A stretch of 40,213 nt of DNA from an uncultured Vicinamibacterales bacterium (GTDB lineage Bacteria > Acidobacteriota > Vicinamibacteria > Vicinamibacterales > CAZQMT01), in the NCBI GenBank assembly GCA_964594555.1, contig CAZQMT010000004.1:6917-47129 (forward strand), read 5' to 3'. The translations under genes and the position numbers were made by a program. The notes beneath the pieces were generated by a model. It was not told where the DNA came from, made no database searches, and saw only the letters and a list, made by a program, of their open reading frames with translations. Below are positions 1 to 8,721 of the stretch, piece by piece (position 1 is the first letter of the stretch; every line of letters begins with the position of its first letter).

Positions 1-60
1 TTTGGCCGCGGCCTTTATTCGCCTGCCCCCTTCACTTAAAGAACGTTTGCGAAATCTTCC

Positions 61-1014
61 TTAGCGATTAGCGAGCTGTTGGAGGACAGCCGTGGCCTGC
101 TGAGCTTCTGCGGATGTAGGGTCTACCTCCTGAAGCTTTTGCAGGTACTGTGTAGCCCCCTCGTAATCTTCCTTGTTGAGTGCTACCAATGCGAGCTTAA
201 AGAGCGGCTTACCCCATGCGGGATCCTTGTCTACTGCTCTCTGATACCACCCAGCTGCGACATCAGATTCTCCACTAATGAATTTGACCTCTCCAAGGTT
301 GTAAAAAACCTCGGCACTGGCTTCAGCCGTTTCTGCAGCAGCAGCAAGTGTTACTTCCGCAGCGGCGAAGTCACCTTTCTCAAGGTTAGTCATTCCGACT
401 CCGATTAAGGCTTTTTCGTTTTCAGGGTCGTCGGCTAAGACCAGCTGATAGGCGCCGATTGCATCGTCGTACTGTTGCATGGCCCGGTAGCAGTTCGCAA
501 TTGACAAATTAACGACGGTAAGCTCAGGTACTGCCGTCAGAACATTTTGATATGAGGCTATTGCGGCAGCGTACTGACCAGCATTGAATAGCAAATCTGC
601 TGTTTGAAGATCTGCCTGTATCGCAGTTGTATCGACTCCGGATAACGCACCTAGTGGGCCCTCGACGCCCTTCTCGAGTTTGAAGGTAATGGGTGGGACC
701 CGGCTTAAGGTTGTCACGCGAAAATTACCTTGTGTCGGTAGGTATCCGTCCATCGAAGCAGTGATTAGCCAATCTCCACCACGTAAACCATTAATGTTGT
801 AACGACCATCCTCATCGGTGGTGGCCTCATATTTCGCAGATGTTCCAGGTTGTTCGGCGACAAGTGATGCACCTACGAGGGGATTACCGTCGTCGTCGGT
901 TACCTTCCCACCGACCCTGCCCATCTGTTGCGCTTCACCAAGGTTCGTTGCCCCTAAGAACAACGCTAATGCAGTTAACCAGACGAAGCACACACGAGAA
1001 CTTCGAAGCATCAC
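61..1014 (-). CDS. Secreted TPR-repeat protein with N-terminal carboxypeptidase-regulatory-like beta-sandwich domain
   Basis: 317-aa ORF with a hydrophobic signal-like N-terminus (VCFVWLTALALFLGA). GGKVTDDDGNPLVGASL...DGRYNINGL resembles CarboxypepD_reg-type domains. TPR-like repeats follow (AAAIASYQNVL, DDAIGAYQLVL, AAGWYQRAV). Confidence 0.7.
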   Translation of the reverse strand: MMLRSSRVCFVWLTALALFLGATNLGEAQQMGRVGGKVTDDDGNPLVGASLVAEQPGTSAKYEATTDEDGRYNINGLRGGDWLITASMDGYLPTQGNFRVTTLSRVPPITFKLEKGVEGPLGALSGVDTTAIQADLQTADLLFNAGQYAAAIASYQNVLTAVPELTVVNLSIANCYRAMQQYDDAIGAYQLVLADDPENEKALIGVGMTNLEKGDFAAAEVTLAAAAETAEASAEVFYNLGEVKFISGESDVAAGWYQRAVDKDPAWGKPLFKLALVALNKEDYEGATQYLQKLQEVDPTSAEAQQATAVLQQLANR

Positions 1015-1361
1015 TTTTTCCCCTTTTCCTTAACGTTTAACGATGTGCTTTGATTTCATACCAGGCTTTTCATAATTTTTAACGCAGTAAATAAAGCAAT
1101 AGCAGTCGGCAATTATAGTTCAGGGGACAAGGATCTCTCAAGTTTCCTTGAGATCTACATCTTTTGTCCTGAATGTTTTCAAGAAAAATCTCCCTATATT
1201 TAGGACACATATTGGATTAGTGGTGGGTTGGCGTGCTTTTGTGCCTTTTACAGGACGCCTAGACGAGTTATTCGTTGTTCACGGCCCACGATGTCGTTGT
1301 GGCAGCGGTGACTATTGTGTCAGGTTTTTACCTGTGGTCGAGGATGAGTTAGACTAACGCC

Positions 1362-2201
1362 ATGCCTTTTTACTTTAGCCGGAAGATAGCGTTGGTTGTT
1401 ATTTTGGTAGGTTTGGTTGGCGCTTGTGGTTCGGAACCTGAGGTTGCGGTTGAGCCGGAGTCTGAGCCAGAGGTTACGACGACCCGCTTCGAGTTCCAAG
1501 CGAAGGTAGCGGGCATGGCCCCAGAGCGTTTAGAGGTTGTCCTGGATCACGAGGAGATCGTTGGGTACATGGATGCCATGACAATGCCTTTCGCGGTCGA
1601 GTCTGAGGATCTTCTGAGTGGCATCCAGTTGGGCAACCAGGTGACTGGGGTTATTGAGGTGACGGATGGCAAGGCAGTCGTGGTTCAGCTGAGTCAGGTG
1701 GAACAGGTCGAAGAGGCGCAGTTTGTGCCCGGAGAGCCCTTAATTGTGGTCGTGGAAACTTCCAAAGGGACATTCGAGTTTGAGACCTACTCTTCGGAAG
1801 CCCCTAAAACAGTCGAGCATATCTTCAGACTAGTCACGCGGGGTTTCTATGATGGTCAGCGGTTTCACCGAGTTGTACCAAAATTTGTTGTTCAGTGGGG
1901 CGACCCGCAGTCACGGGATATGACAAAGAAAGCTCGTTGGGGTTCAGGTGGGAGTGGTAAGTCAATTGGTGTTGCTGAAATTTCTGAAAAACGTACGCAC
2001 AAGCTCCATGCCGTTGCAATGGCGCATGCGGGGGACCCAGCCAGAGCTGACAGTCAGATGTATATTACCTTGGCGCCACAACCAAACCTTGATGGTCAGT
2101 ACACCGTATTCGGCCAAGTCATCTCAGGTGCAGACGTTCCTGGAAAACTTGAAGCTGGAGACATGATTAAGAAGATGTCTATAAAAGAGAGTGAGTCGTA
2201 G
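1362..2201 (+). CDS. Lipoprotein: CusF-like Cu(I)/Ag(I)-binding domain fused to cyclophilin-type peptidyl-prolyl isomerase
   Basis: 279-aa ORF with a lipobox-like LVGLVGACGS. The N-domain carries H...YMDAMTMPF (compare the CusF WPEMTMRF motif). The C-domain has cyclophilin motifs FHRVVPKFVVQWGDP, MAHAG and YTVFGQVISG. Confidence 0.8.
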   Translation: MPFYFSRKIALVVILVGLVGACGSEPEVAVEPESEPEVTTTRFEFQAKVAGMAPERLEVVLDHEEIVGYMDAMTMPFAVESEDLLSGIQLGNQVTGVIEVTDGKAVVVQLSQVEQVEEAQFVPGEPLIVVVETSKGTFEFETYSSEAPKTVEHIFRLVTRGFYDGQRFHRVVPKFVVQWGDPQSRDMTKKARWGSGGSGKSIGVAEISEKRTHKLHAVAMAHAGDPARADSQMYITLAPQPNLDGQYTVFGQVISGADVPGKLEAGDMIKKMSIKESES

Positions 2202-2350
2202 TAGTTGTGAACCCTTCGGTGGCTAGATGTCTGCGCACAGTTTCTGGCCGGTGGTTTTTTCGGAACATTTAGTTCAGTTATACACTGAAAACTGTGCGTT
2301 TCTCTGGTGCCTCTTCGGGTTTCCCTGGTCATCCTTATAATTAATGTGAA

Positions 2351-4036
2351 ATGGGAGTAAACCGTTACTTCGCAGGTCATTTCACGGGAAATCACCTGGG
2401 GTTAAGAATTTTCCTGGCCTTCGCTTTCAGCTTGTACTTCAACGTACTTTTCACGTTTGTAAATGTTCCGTCCACACCATGGATTCGGTTAGTACCGCTC
2501 ATCTCTATCGAGGTGGTGCTTGGGCTTGTAGCACTCGTACTTGTGGGCTTGTTCGATATTAAGAAACCGCGGTACTGGAAACCTGTTGTTGCTACGCTTG
2601 TATTTATTTTGTCGCTTGTACGCTATGTCGTTGTGTCAGCTCCTGGTGTAATGGGTCGAACGCTTGATGTTCGTGGTGATCTTCCGCATGTCTTCGGTGT
2701 CATTGGTATGTTCTGGGAAGCACTACCACGTTTTAGCATTCTGCTTATCGTCTTCGGATTGGTAGTGAGTATTGCCATATTTATTGGACTTAACTACGTT
2801 GGATTTTTAGCGATTGAACGAGCTATCGATTGCGTAGTTCAGCGGGGTTCGAAACGAGTGCTGTTGATTGCGACTGTGGCCGGGCTATTGTTGATTCCCG
2901 TTTCCGTAGTAACAGTGCACAGCGATGTGTTCGCCAGATCTTTTACCACTATACTTAGAGATCAGTTCACGGATGGTCCTCCTTTCTCGGATTCTCGACC
3001 TAAGCTCACGGATTCTCACGGCGACAGATCTTTAGCGAAGATAACGCCAGAGATGATGGCTAACACACGCGTCGATGGTCTCCAGGGTGCGTCTGTGTTC
3101 CTAATTTTTTTGGAGTCGTATGGAGTGACTCTGATTGAAGACGCAAGACATTTCACGTCGATCGCACCACGCTTTAAGCGGTTTGAAAATCGCTTGACTA
3201 CTGCAGGCTTCTCAATGGCCTCGAGCCAGATCACTGCACCTACGTTTGCGGGTGGTTCGTGGCGTTCGCATGCGACTGTTCTGAGTGGTGTGCGTGTGGC
3301 TGATCAGCGGGACTACGAGACCCTCGTTGGTTCGGGTCGACGAACCCTAGTTCATTTGCTGAATGATGAAGGATATCGAACGGTTGCAGCAGAACCAGCC
3401 ATTCGAGGTCCTTGGCCGGATGGGGATTTCTATGGTTTTGAGTACATTTATGATGCAGCTGCACTTGATTACCAAGGACCGGACATCGGATGGTGGAAGA
3501 TCCCAGACCAGTACACGTTGTACCAGATTTACAAACGGGAAATTCTCAGGTCTTCGAGGCCGGTATTCGCCAAAATAGCTTTAATAATGACCCATATTCC
3601 GTACTTTCCTATTCCGCCTTATGTGGCGAATTGGTCGTTGTTTGAGACTGGGACGGCTTATCGAGAACATTTACCATCAATCGCAGCTGATGATTATCGG
3701 GACTTGTATGAACTTTCTTCTCGCTACGTTGATGCTTTTCTTTATGAACTCGACATTCTTGAGGATTTTATTTTACGGTTCGTTCCGGCTGGTTCACTCG
3801 TTATCATCATGGGCGATCATCAGCCTCCGAAACTTGCAACGCACGATAATGACAGTTGGGCAGTTCCGGTTCATCTCATAAGCAGCAATCCTGATCTTGT
3901 GGCTCCATTTGCGCGCCACGGGTTTCAGTCTGGGGTGTTACCAAGTCAGACATCAGAATTCCATATGGAACATTTCCTGGCGGCTTTCTTGGATGTCTTT
4001 GGGACTTCGACACCGATTGATCAGCTGGGGCCGTGA
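2351..4036 (+). CDS. Polytopic membrane protein with LtaS/sulfatase-like (alkaline-phosphatase superfamily) extracytoplasmic domain
   Basis: 561-aa ORF with several N-terminal hydrophobic helices. The soluble domain has VFLIFLESYG and IIMGDHQPP segments that resemble LtaS/sulfatase-type transferases. The call rests on motif memory only. Confidence 0.55.
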   Translation: MGVNRYFAGHFTGNHLGLRIFLAFAFSLYFNVLFTFVNVPSTPWIRLVPLISIEVVLGLVALVLVGLFDIKKPRYWKPVVATLVFILSLVRYVVVSAPGVMGRTLDVRGDLPHVFGVIGMFWEALPRFSILLIVFGLVVSIAIFIGLNYVGFLAIERAIDCVVQRGSKRVLLIATVAGLLLIPVSVVTVHSDVFARSFTTILRDQFTDGPPFSDSRPKLTDSHGDRSLAKITPEMMANTRVDGLQGASVFLIFLESYGVTLIEDARHFTSIAPRFKRFENRLTTAGFSMASSQITAPTFAGGSWRSHATVLSGVRVADQRDYETLVGSGRRTLVHLLNDEGYRTVAAEPAIRGPWPDGDFYGFEYIYDAAALDYQGPDIGWWKIPDQYTLYQIYKREILRSSRPVFAKIALIMTHIPYFPIPPYVANWSLFETGTAYREHLPSIAADDYRDLYELSSRYVDAFLYELDILEDFILRFVPAGSLVIIMGDHQPPKLATHDNDSWAVPVHLISSNPDLVAPFARHGFQSGVLPSQTSEFHMEHFLAAFLDVFGTSTPIDQLGP

Positions 4037-4073
4037 GGACGTGAAGGGAATTTCCTTGGCTTGACAATGAACG

Positions 4074-5273
4074 GTGATGATCTTGCCTACGTTTGTAATA
4101 AATTCTTCACTTCAACGTCTACGAAACAGATGGCTGGTTGCGGCCGGCCTATCGGTTGTTGGACTGTGGTTCGGGTACCACTATCTGAAAGACGGCTGGG
4201 GAGATGTTTGGCCTTATGCTGGGCACTGGCTTATGTCCACTGGTGCCGTAAGCGTTTATTTGTTCTGGAAGGTTTGGCAGTGGCTACCAGAAAATCGTCG
4301 AATTTGTGACACCGAGGTTTCGCTAAGTACTCTTGGGATGGGTACTGCCTTAACCTTGGCACGTGGTATCGCAATCGCTTCGGTCGCCGGATTCATTTTT
4401 TCACCTTATCCTTCGGGCAATCTGGTTTGGATTCCCGCCATTCTCTATGCGTTGGCGGCGATTGGAGATGCCCTGGATGGTCTGTTAGCACGTCGCACAA
4501 AGCACGTAACTACTCTTGGCGTTCGACTAGATCTCGAAGTTGATGCGCTGTCCGTGCTCATCGGCTCGTTACTTGCAGTTTTGTACGAACGGCTTCACAT
4601 CTGGTACCTTGCCATCGGTTTCGCGCGTTATCTTTTTGTACTGGGCTTATGGTGGAGGACCAGCCGTGGCGAGACAGTTAACAGCCTTCCTTCTAGCCAG
4701 TATCGAAGGATTATCGCTGGTTTTCAGATGGGATTTATCACTGTAGCACTTTGTCCTCTTGTCGCACCGGTGGTCGTGAAATTAGCAAGTGTTGTATTTG
4801 CAATACCTACTCTTTGTGGGTTCGCTCGTGATTGGCTCGTTGTTTCAGCACGGTTGGATACCGGGTCGGTCTCATATCAGCGATACCGGCGGTTGTTTTT
4901 TGGGTTGGTAACTTTTTGGTTGCCACAGCTACTCAAACCGGTGGTGGTAATTGCGTGGATAGGTGTAGTGGTTGCTTTACCTGGAGATGCGCCAACGCAA
5001 GTTTTGGCGTCGGCACTTTCTGTCTGGAATTATCCTTCCCCAAACTTTGGTGCCTTAGTTCTTGGTCTTGGGGTACTGGTAGCTGTCGTTGGTATTATGA
5101 CGGGTCTTGCAAGCCGCGGCTGCGCTGTTGTACTACTCCTAGTCCTCAGTTTAAACAGTAGCGCGCAAGAATTTGATTGGATTAGTGGTGTTGCACTAGT
5201 TAGTAATTTAGGAGTGCTGATACTTGGATCGGGACATGGGTTTTACCGGTCAGAAAAAAGAGAGCCCCACTAA
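4074..5273 (+). CDS. CDP-alcohol phosphatidyltransferase family protein with about 200-aa C-terminal membrane extension
   Basis: The full signature D-x2-DG-x2-AR-x8-G-x3-D-x3-D is present in GDALDGLLARRTKHVTTLGVRLDLEVDAL. At 399 aa it is about twice the usual size, and the extension is hydrophobic. Confidence 0.85.
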   Translation: MMILPTFVINSSLQRLRNRWLVAAGLSVVGLWFGYHYLKDGWGDVWPYAGHWLMSTGAVSVYLFWKVWQWLPENRRICDTEVSLSTLGMGTALTLARGIAIASVAGFIFSPYPSGNLVWIPAILYALAAIGDALDGLLARRTKHVTTLGVRLDLEVDALSVLIGSLLAVLYERLHIWYLAIGFARYLFVLGLWWRTSRGETVNSLPSSQYRRIIAGFQMGFITVALCPLVAPVVVKLASVVFAIPTLCGFARDWLVVSARLDTGSVSYQRYRRLFFGLVTFWLPQLLKPVVVIAWIGVVVALPGDAPTQVLASALSVWNYPSPNFGALVLGLGVLVAVVGIMTGLASRGCAVVLLLVLSLNSSAQEFDWISGVALVSNLGVLILGSGHGFYRSEKREPH

Positions 5274-5279
5274 TTTTTT

Positions 5280-6158
5280 TCAGCGATTACAATTTTTCAC
5301 CTGGCATAGAAAATCGAGTTGGTGTGCTATGTACACGAGCGATTGATCTTCGATCTGTGCGTGGCGTGTTTTTACCCATTTGGTTAGTTGTTGTTCATCG
5401 AGCTCAGGATGACCGAATAGGGCTGCCTCTATTGTATGGATGATGTGATGTAAGAAGTACTGTTCATCATCCGAGTAGCCGCTGGGTCCGGCGAAAACAA
5501 CCCAATCTGAACTACCGGCAGCAAGAATTTCTGTATCGATGTCTAATAGAGCCTTGAAGAGATGTCGTCCACAATGGCTGTCACCGGATTTTTGGCCACC
5601 TACTATGCGTTCGTCCATTGTGCGGTTGTAGAGTTTTTCTACTAAAGAGTCGAATGACGGCTCTATTGAAGGTTCTAGGATTGTCACGCCGTCGAAGTTG
5701 ATAGTGAAATACATTAAACCTCCTGGTTCTATAAGCGATTGCAGGAGGGGAAGAGTTGACGCTAGATCAAGAAGGTCTAAGACTGCGTTTGCTACGAGAA
5801 GATCCCAAGACCGTCGACCGCGCTCACGCTCAACGAAGTCTTGTAGAATGGCGGTTTCTGTTTCTAGTTTAATTTGGTCATTGCCGTGATCGAGACGTTT
5901 TTGCATTTCTTCTACGCATGTGGGGTCGGCATCGATCGCAGAGTAAACGGCGTGATCTACTAATTGATATTCTGCGATTCGTTCCACCATTGTTCCGACA
6001 CCAGCTCCAATTTCAAGAATACGTGTGGGCTTGTTTCGTGTTCCCCGTGAAAGGTTTTCTTGGAGGGTTTTCCACACGTGTTGATTCAGAGCCCTGCTAT
6101 CGACACTCTTTTTTGCTGTGAGATAGCGGTTAATACTGAACTGGTTAGGAAGGCTCAT
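5280..6158 (-). CDS. Class I SAM-dependent methyltransferase
   Basis: Motif I is ILEIGAGVGTM. The ORF track extends to 6263, but those 35 codons overlap the upstream glycosyltransferase. The ATG at 6158 is preceded by GAGGAAA, so I prefer it as the start. Confidence 0.75.
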   Translation of the reverse strand: MSLPNQFSINRYLTAKKSVDSRALNQHVWKTLQENLSRGTRNKPTRILEIGAGVGTMVERIAEYQLVDHAVYSAIDADPTCVEEMQKRLDHGNDQIKLETETAILQDFVERERGRRSWDLLVANAVLDLLDLASTLPLLQSLIEPGGLMYFTINFDGVTILEPSIEPSFDSLVEKLYNRTMDERIVGGQKSGDSHCGRHLFKALLDIDTEILAAGSSDWVVFAGPSGYSDDEQYFLHHIIHTIEAALFGHPELDEQQLTKWVKTRHAQIEDQSLVYIAHQLDFLCQVKNCNR

Positions 6159-7266
6159 TTTCCTCGATTGTCCTGTGTAAACTGATGACTTTTGTGAGAA
6201 AGTTGGGAACCTGAACCAGGCTTTCTTGCCAAGTAGGGTGGCGGTGGTAGGTTCGATGAGCATTAACGCTTAAATTTTCTAGGAGTGAGCGGTTTTGGAT
6301 TAATTGTTCAATATAGTGTGTGAGTTTCGAAACATCTCCAGGTGGAATCAGAAAACCATTGGCGCCGTGCTCAATAATTTCAGACACTGCGCCGACTTGA
6401 CAAGCCAAGGCTGGCAGTCCGAATCCCATGCCTTCCAGGTACACGATGCCGAATCCTTCGTAAGTGGAGGGTACAGTGAGCACGTGGCTACGTGAAAAAT
6501 ATTCGAATAACGAAGAGTCACCGAGATGACCGTGAAAGCTAATTTGCTGTTCTAATCCTGCGCTCTTCACCTGAAGTCGAATTTGTTTCGTGTATTCTAG
6601 GTCGACGTCTTTGCTGCCGACTACGTCCAAGTGCCAAGCGTGGCCCACCAGTTTTTCAAGAGCGGCGATTAAAGTCGTCAAGCCTTTCCGAGGTATTACG
6701 TTGCCTACAAAGAGTAAACGCAGCGACCCTGTTGCACAACTCCTGGCACGTATCCTATCAATGGTTAAGCTTGGAATTAGTCTATTTCCACCGGGTTGTG
6801 CCACCATGCAAGGAGGGGCTCCCCCCACGATTGCCTGGACAGCACGCTTTGTATGGTGACTATTGACGATAAAGGCGTCCAGCCCTTTGAGGTAGAAATG
6901 TTCGAGTGGGCGCTGGTAAGACTTTCGCCATTTAGACTGTACCTCGCTACTTTGTAAATGATGGACAATTCCTACACACGGGAATGTGACGCGGTGACGT
7001 AGCCGTCGATTGAACCAGAATAACGATGGGTAAACTAATTCATCTTGGAGTAGTACATCTAGATCGGCATGCTGAAGACGATGTAGAAGCTGTACAGACA
7101 CATTGTGAGCTAGACAACCAGGGTAACTGGTTCGTGGAAGCGAGATTAAATCAACACGTTCGACGTTGGGATCACGCTCCTTGAGGATGTTGATGAGGTG
7201 ACGGTCATAGATATTTCCACCAGAAGTTATATCCAAACTGTCGTAGATGATAAGGCCAACCCGCAT
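6145..7266 (-). CDS. GT4-family (GT-B fold) glycosyltransferase
   Basis: 373-aa ORF with the C-terminal E-x7-E region YEGFGIVYLEGMGFGLPALA and GANGFLIPPGD, typical of group 1 glycosyltransferases. It starts 3 nt after the PTPS-like stop. Confidence 0.85.
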   Translation of the reverse strand: MRVGLIIYDSLDITSGGNIYDRHLINILKERDPNVERVDLISLPRTSYPGCLAHNVSVQLLHRLQHADLDVLLQDELVYPSLFWFNRRLRHRVTFPCVGIVHHLQSSEVQSKWRKSYQRPLEHFYLKGLDAFIVNSHHTKRAVQAIVGGAPPCMVAQPGGNRLIPSLTIDRIRARSCATGSLRLLFVGNVIPRKGLTTLIAALEKLVGHAWHLDVVGSKDVDLEYTKQIRLQVKSAGLEQQISFHGHLGDSSLFEYFSRSHVLTVPSTYEGFGIVYLEGMGFGLPALACQVGAVSEIIEHGANGFLIPPGDVSKLTHYIEQLIQNRSLLENLSVNAHRTYHRHPTWQESLVQVPNFLTKVISLHRTIEENEPS

Positions 7267-7269
7267 CCA

Positions 7270-7668
7270 TTAATTACCGACGTAAGCTCCCGCTAATTCA
7301 CTGCAATAGCTTGCCCAGGCCAGCTCGTTTTCCCAGATGGTCACTGTCATTTTTGAGAGTGTCGGTGCAGTGATACGTGAGACAAGGGCTTCCTGAAAGA
7401 GCTGTGCAAAACGTTCGAGGCTGGGATTCAAATTGTGAAGTTGTGGTAGGTCATTCAAAGTACAGTCGCTGTAATGTTTCACTAAGTTGTCTACATGTTG
7501 TTCAATGTCGACGATGTCTACTAAGTAGCCGTGTGCATCTAAGTTCGTTCCCTCAAGCGTAACCTCTACACGGTAGTGGTGTGAGTGAAGATTGTTTTCG
7601 GCCCCCCAGTCACCGCCGATCAGGAAGTGCTGGGCAATAAAATCTCGCCTAACGGTGACTGAGTACAT
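7270..7668 (-). CDS. 6-pyruvoyl-tetrahydropterin synthase / QueD-family T-fold protein, non-canonical active site
   Basis: 132-aa ORF. The Zn-ligand-type histidines are present (FIAQH, LHSHH). GAENNLHSH stands where QueD has CGRLHGH and mammalian PTPS has CNNPNGHGH, so no catalytic Cys is visible. Confidence 0.8.
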   Translation of the reverse strand: MYSVTVRRDFIAQHFLIGGDWGAENNLHSHHYRVEVTLEGTNLDAHGYLVDIVDIEQHVDNLVKHYSDCTLNDLPQLHNLNPSLERFAQLFQEALVSRITAPTLSKMTVTIWENELAWASYCSELAGAYVGN

Positions 7669-7689
7669 GACGGTTCCTTCTAGTTTGAG

Positions 7690-8721
7690 CTAGTCGTATC
7701 GCAGAATCACTTGACCGGCAGTTTCTGGTTCATTGTTGAGTAGACCATATGCCGAAGGTGCTTCGGCGAATGGAATACGGTGAGTTATTAAAGTCGTCGG
7801 TTGCAATTGTTTGAGCATCTCCCAGGTCACTTGTAAGCGTCGTGCCTTGGTCCATCGCCCAGACCACTGGGGTGCCAGGTGGCTGACTTGGCTACTAATA
7901 ATTTTAATACCGCTTCGGTGAAATTCTCCTCCCAGATGGAGGTTGACGCGTCGTTGGCCGTACCAGGAACCGATGAGAACTCGGCCGTTGGGTCCAGTTA
8001 CCCCGATTGCTTGTTCTAGTGCCTTAGGGTGACCAGATAGTTCGATTGCCAGATCGATGCCAGAAGGACCAGATTCTTTATGCAGTAGTGTAAGTAACTT
8101 GTTCCGAAGCTTAGGTTCATTCGGATCTAAGCTGAGTTGTGCCCCCCACTTAATGGACCAATCACGCCGAAGTTGGTGTGCATCAACGGTTACGAGAGTA
8201 GTGAGTGGTAAGTGTGCGAGAAGGGCTGTTGTGAGAAGACCGATGGTGCCCTGTCCGAAGATGACGACCTGTTCACCGATTGTAGGTCTTCCGTCCATGA
8301 GCATTGATACGGCTGTTTCCATACTTGGAAGAAATACGGCACACTCTGCCGAAATATTTTCCGGTACAGGATGCAGCTCATTGATTTGTGCAACGAAGTG
8401 GCTTTCGTGGGGGTGAAAAACGAAAACTCGGCGTCCAAGCCAGGAAGGATCTACGCTGGCTCCGATATTATTTACTCGCCCAACAACGGCATAGCCATAT
8501 TTAAGAGGAAAGCGAAGAGTGCCGTTACGCAGACTCGCAATTGTCTCGTCGGCGGGGAGTTCGTCTGGTGCCTCACCACGGTAGATAAGAAGTTCAGTGC
8601 CGGCACTGATTGCTGACACCTCGGCTTTAACCAACACCTCCTTTGCCTGGAGTTGGGGCAGGGTCTCTTTTACTATGGCAATGGTCTTCGGGGCGGTGAA
8701 GATAAGGGAATGTCGTGTCAT
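7690..8721 (-). CDS. Medium-chain dehydrogenase/reductase (zinc-ADH-like fold; zinc ligands not evident)
   Basis: 343-aa ORF with an MDR-like layout and the Rossmann segment VVIFGQGTIGLL. The usual catalytic-zinc positions read SAISAGTE and KYGYAVVG instead of C...GHE. Its start overlaps the upstream stop as ATGA. Confidence 0.75.
   Translation of the reverse strand: MTRHSLIFTAPKTIAIVKETLPQLQAKEVLVKAEVSAISAGTELLIYRGEAPDELPADETIASLRNGTLRFPLKYGYAVVGRVNNIGASVDPSWLGRRVFVFHPHESHFVAQINELHPVPENISAECAVFLPSMETAVSMLMDGRPTIGEQVVIFGQGTIGLLTTALLAHLPLTTLVTVDAHQLRRDWSIKWGAQLSLDPNEPKLRNKLLTLLHKESGPSGIDLAIELSGHPKALEQAIGVTGPNGRVLIGSWYGQRRVNLHLGGEFHRSGIKIISSQVSHLAPQWSGRWTKARRLQVTWEMLKQLQPTTLITHRIPFAEAPSAYGLLNNEPETAGQVILRYD

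Noticed and set aside
1148-1357. 69-aa ORF in the 347-nt intergenic region upstream of the CusF-cyclophilin gene
   Set aside because: It has a non-ATG start, no SD sequence and an Arg/Cys-rich composition without motifs. The region more likely holds divergent promoters. It does contain a short hairpin (TCTCAAG-TTTC-CTTGAGA, 1136-1153) flanked by GGACAA/TTGTCC, which I consider too weak to call.
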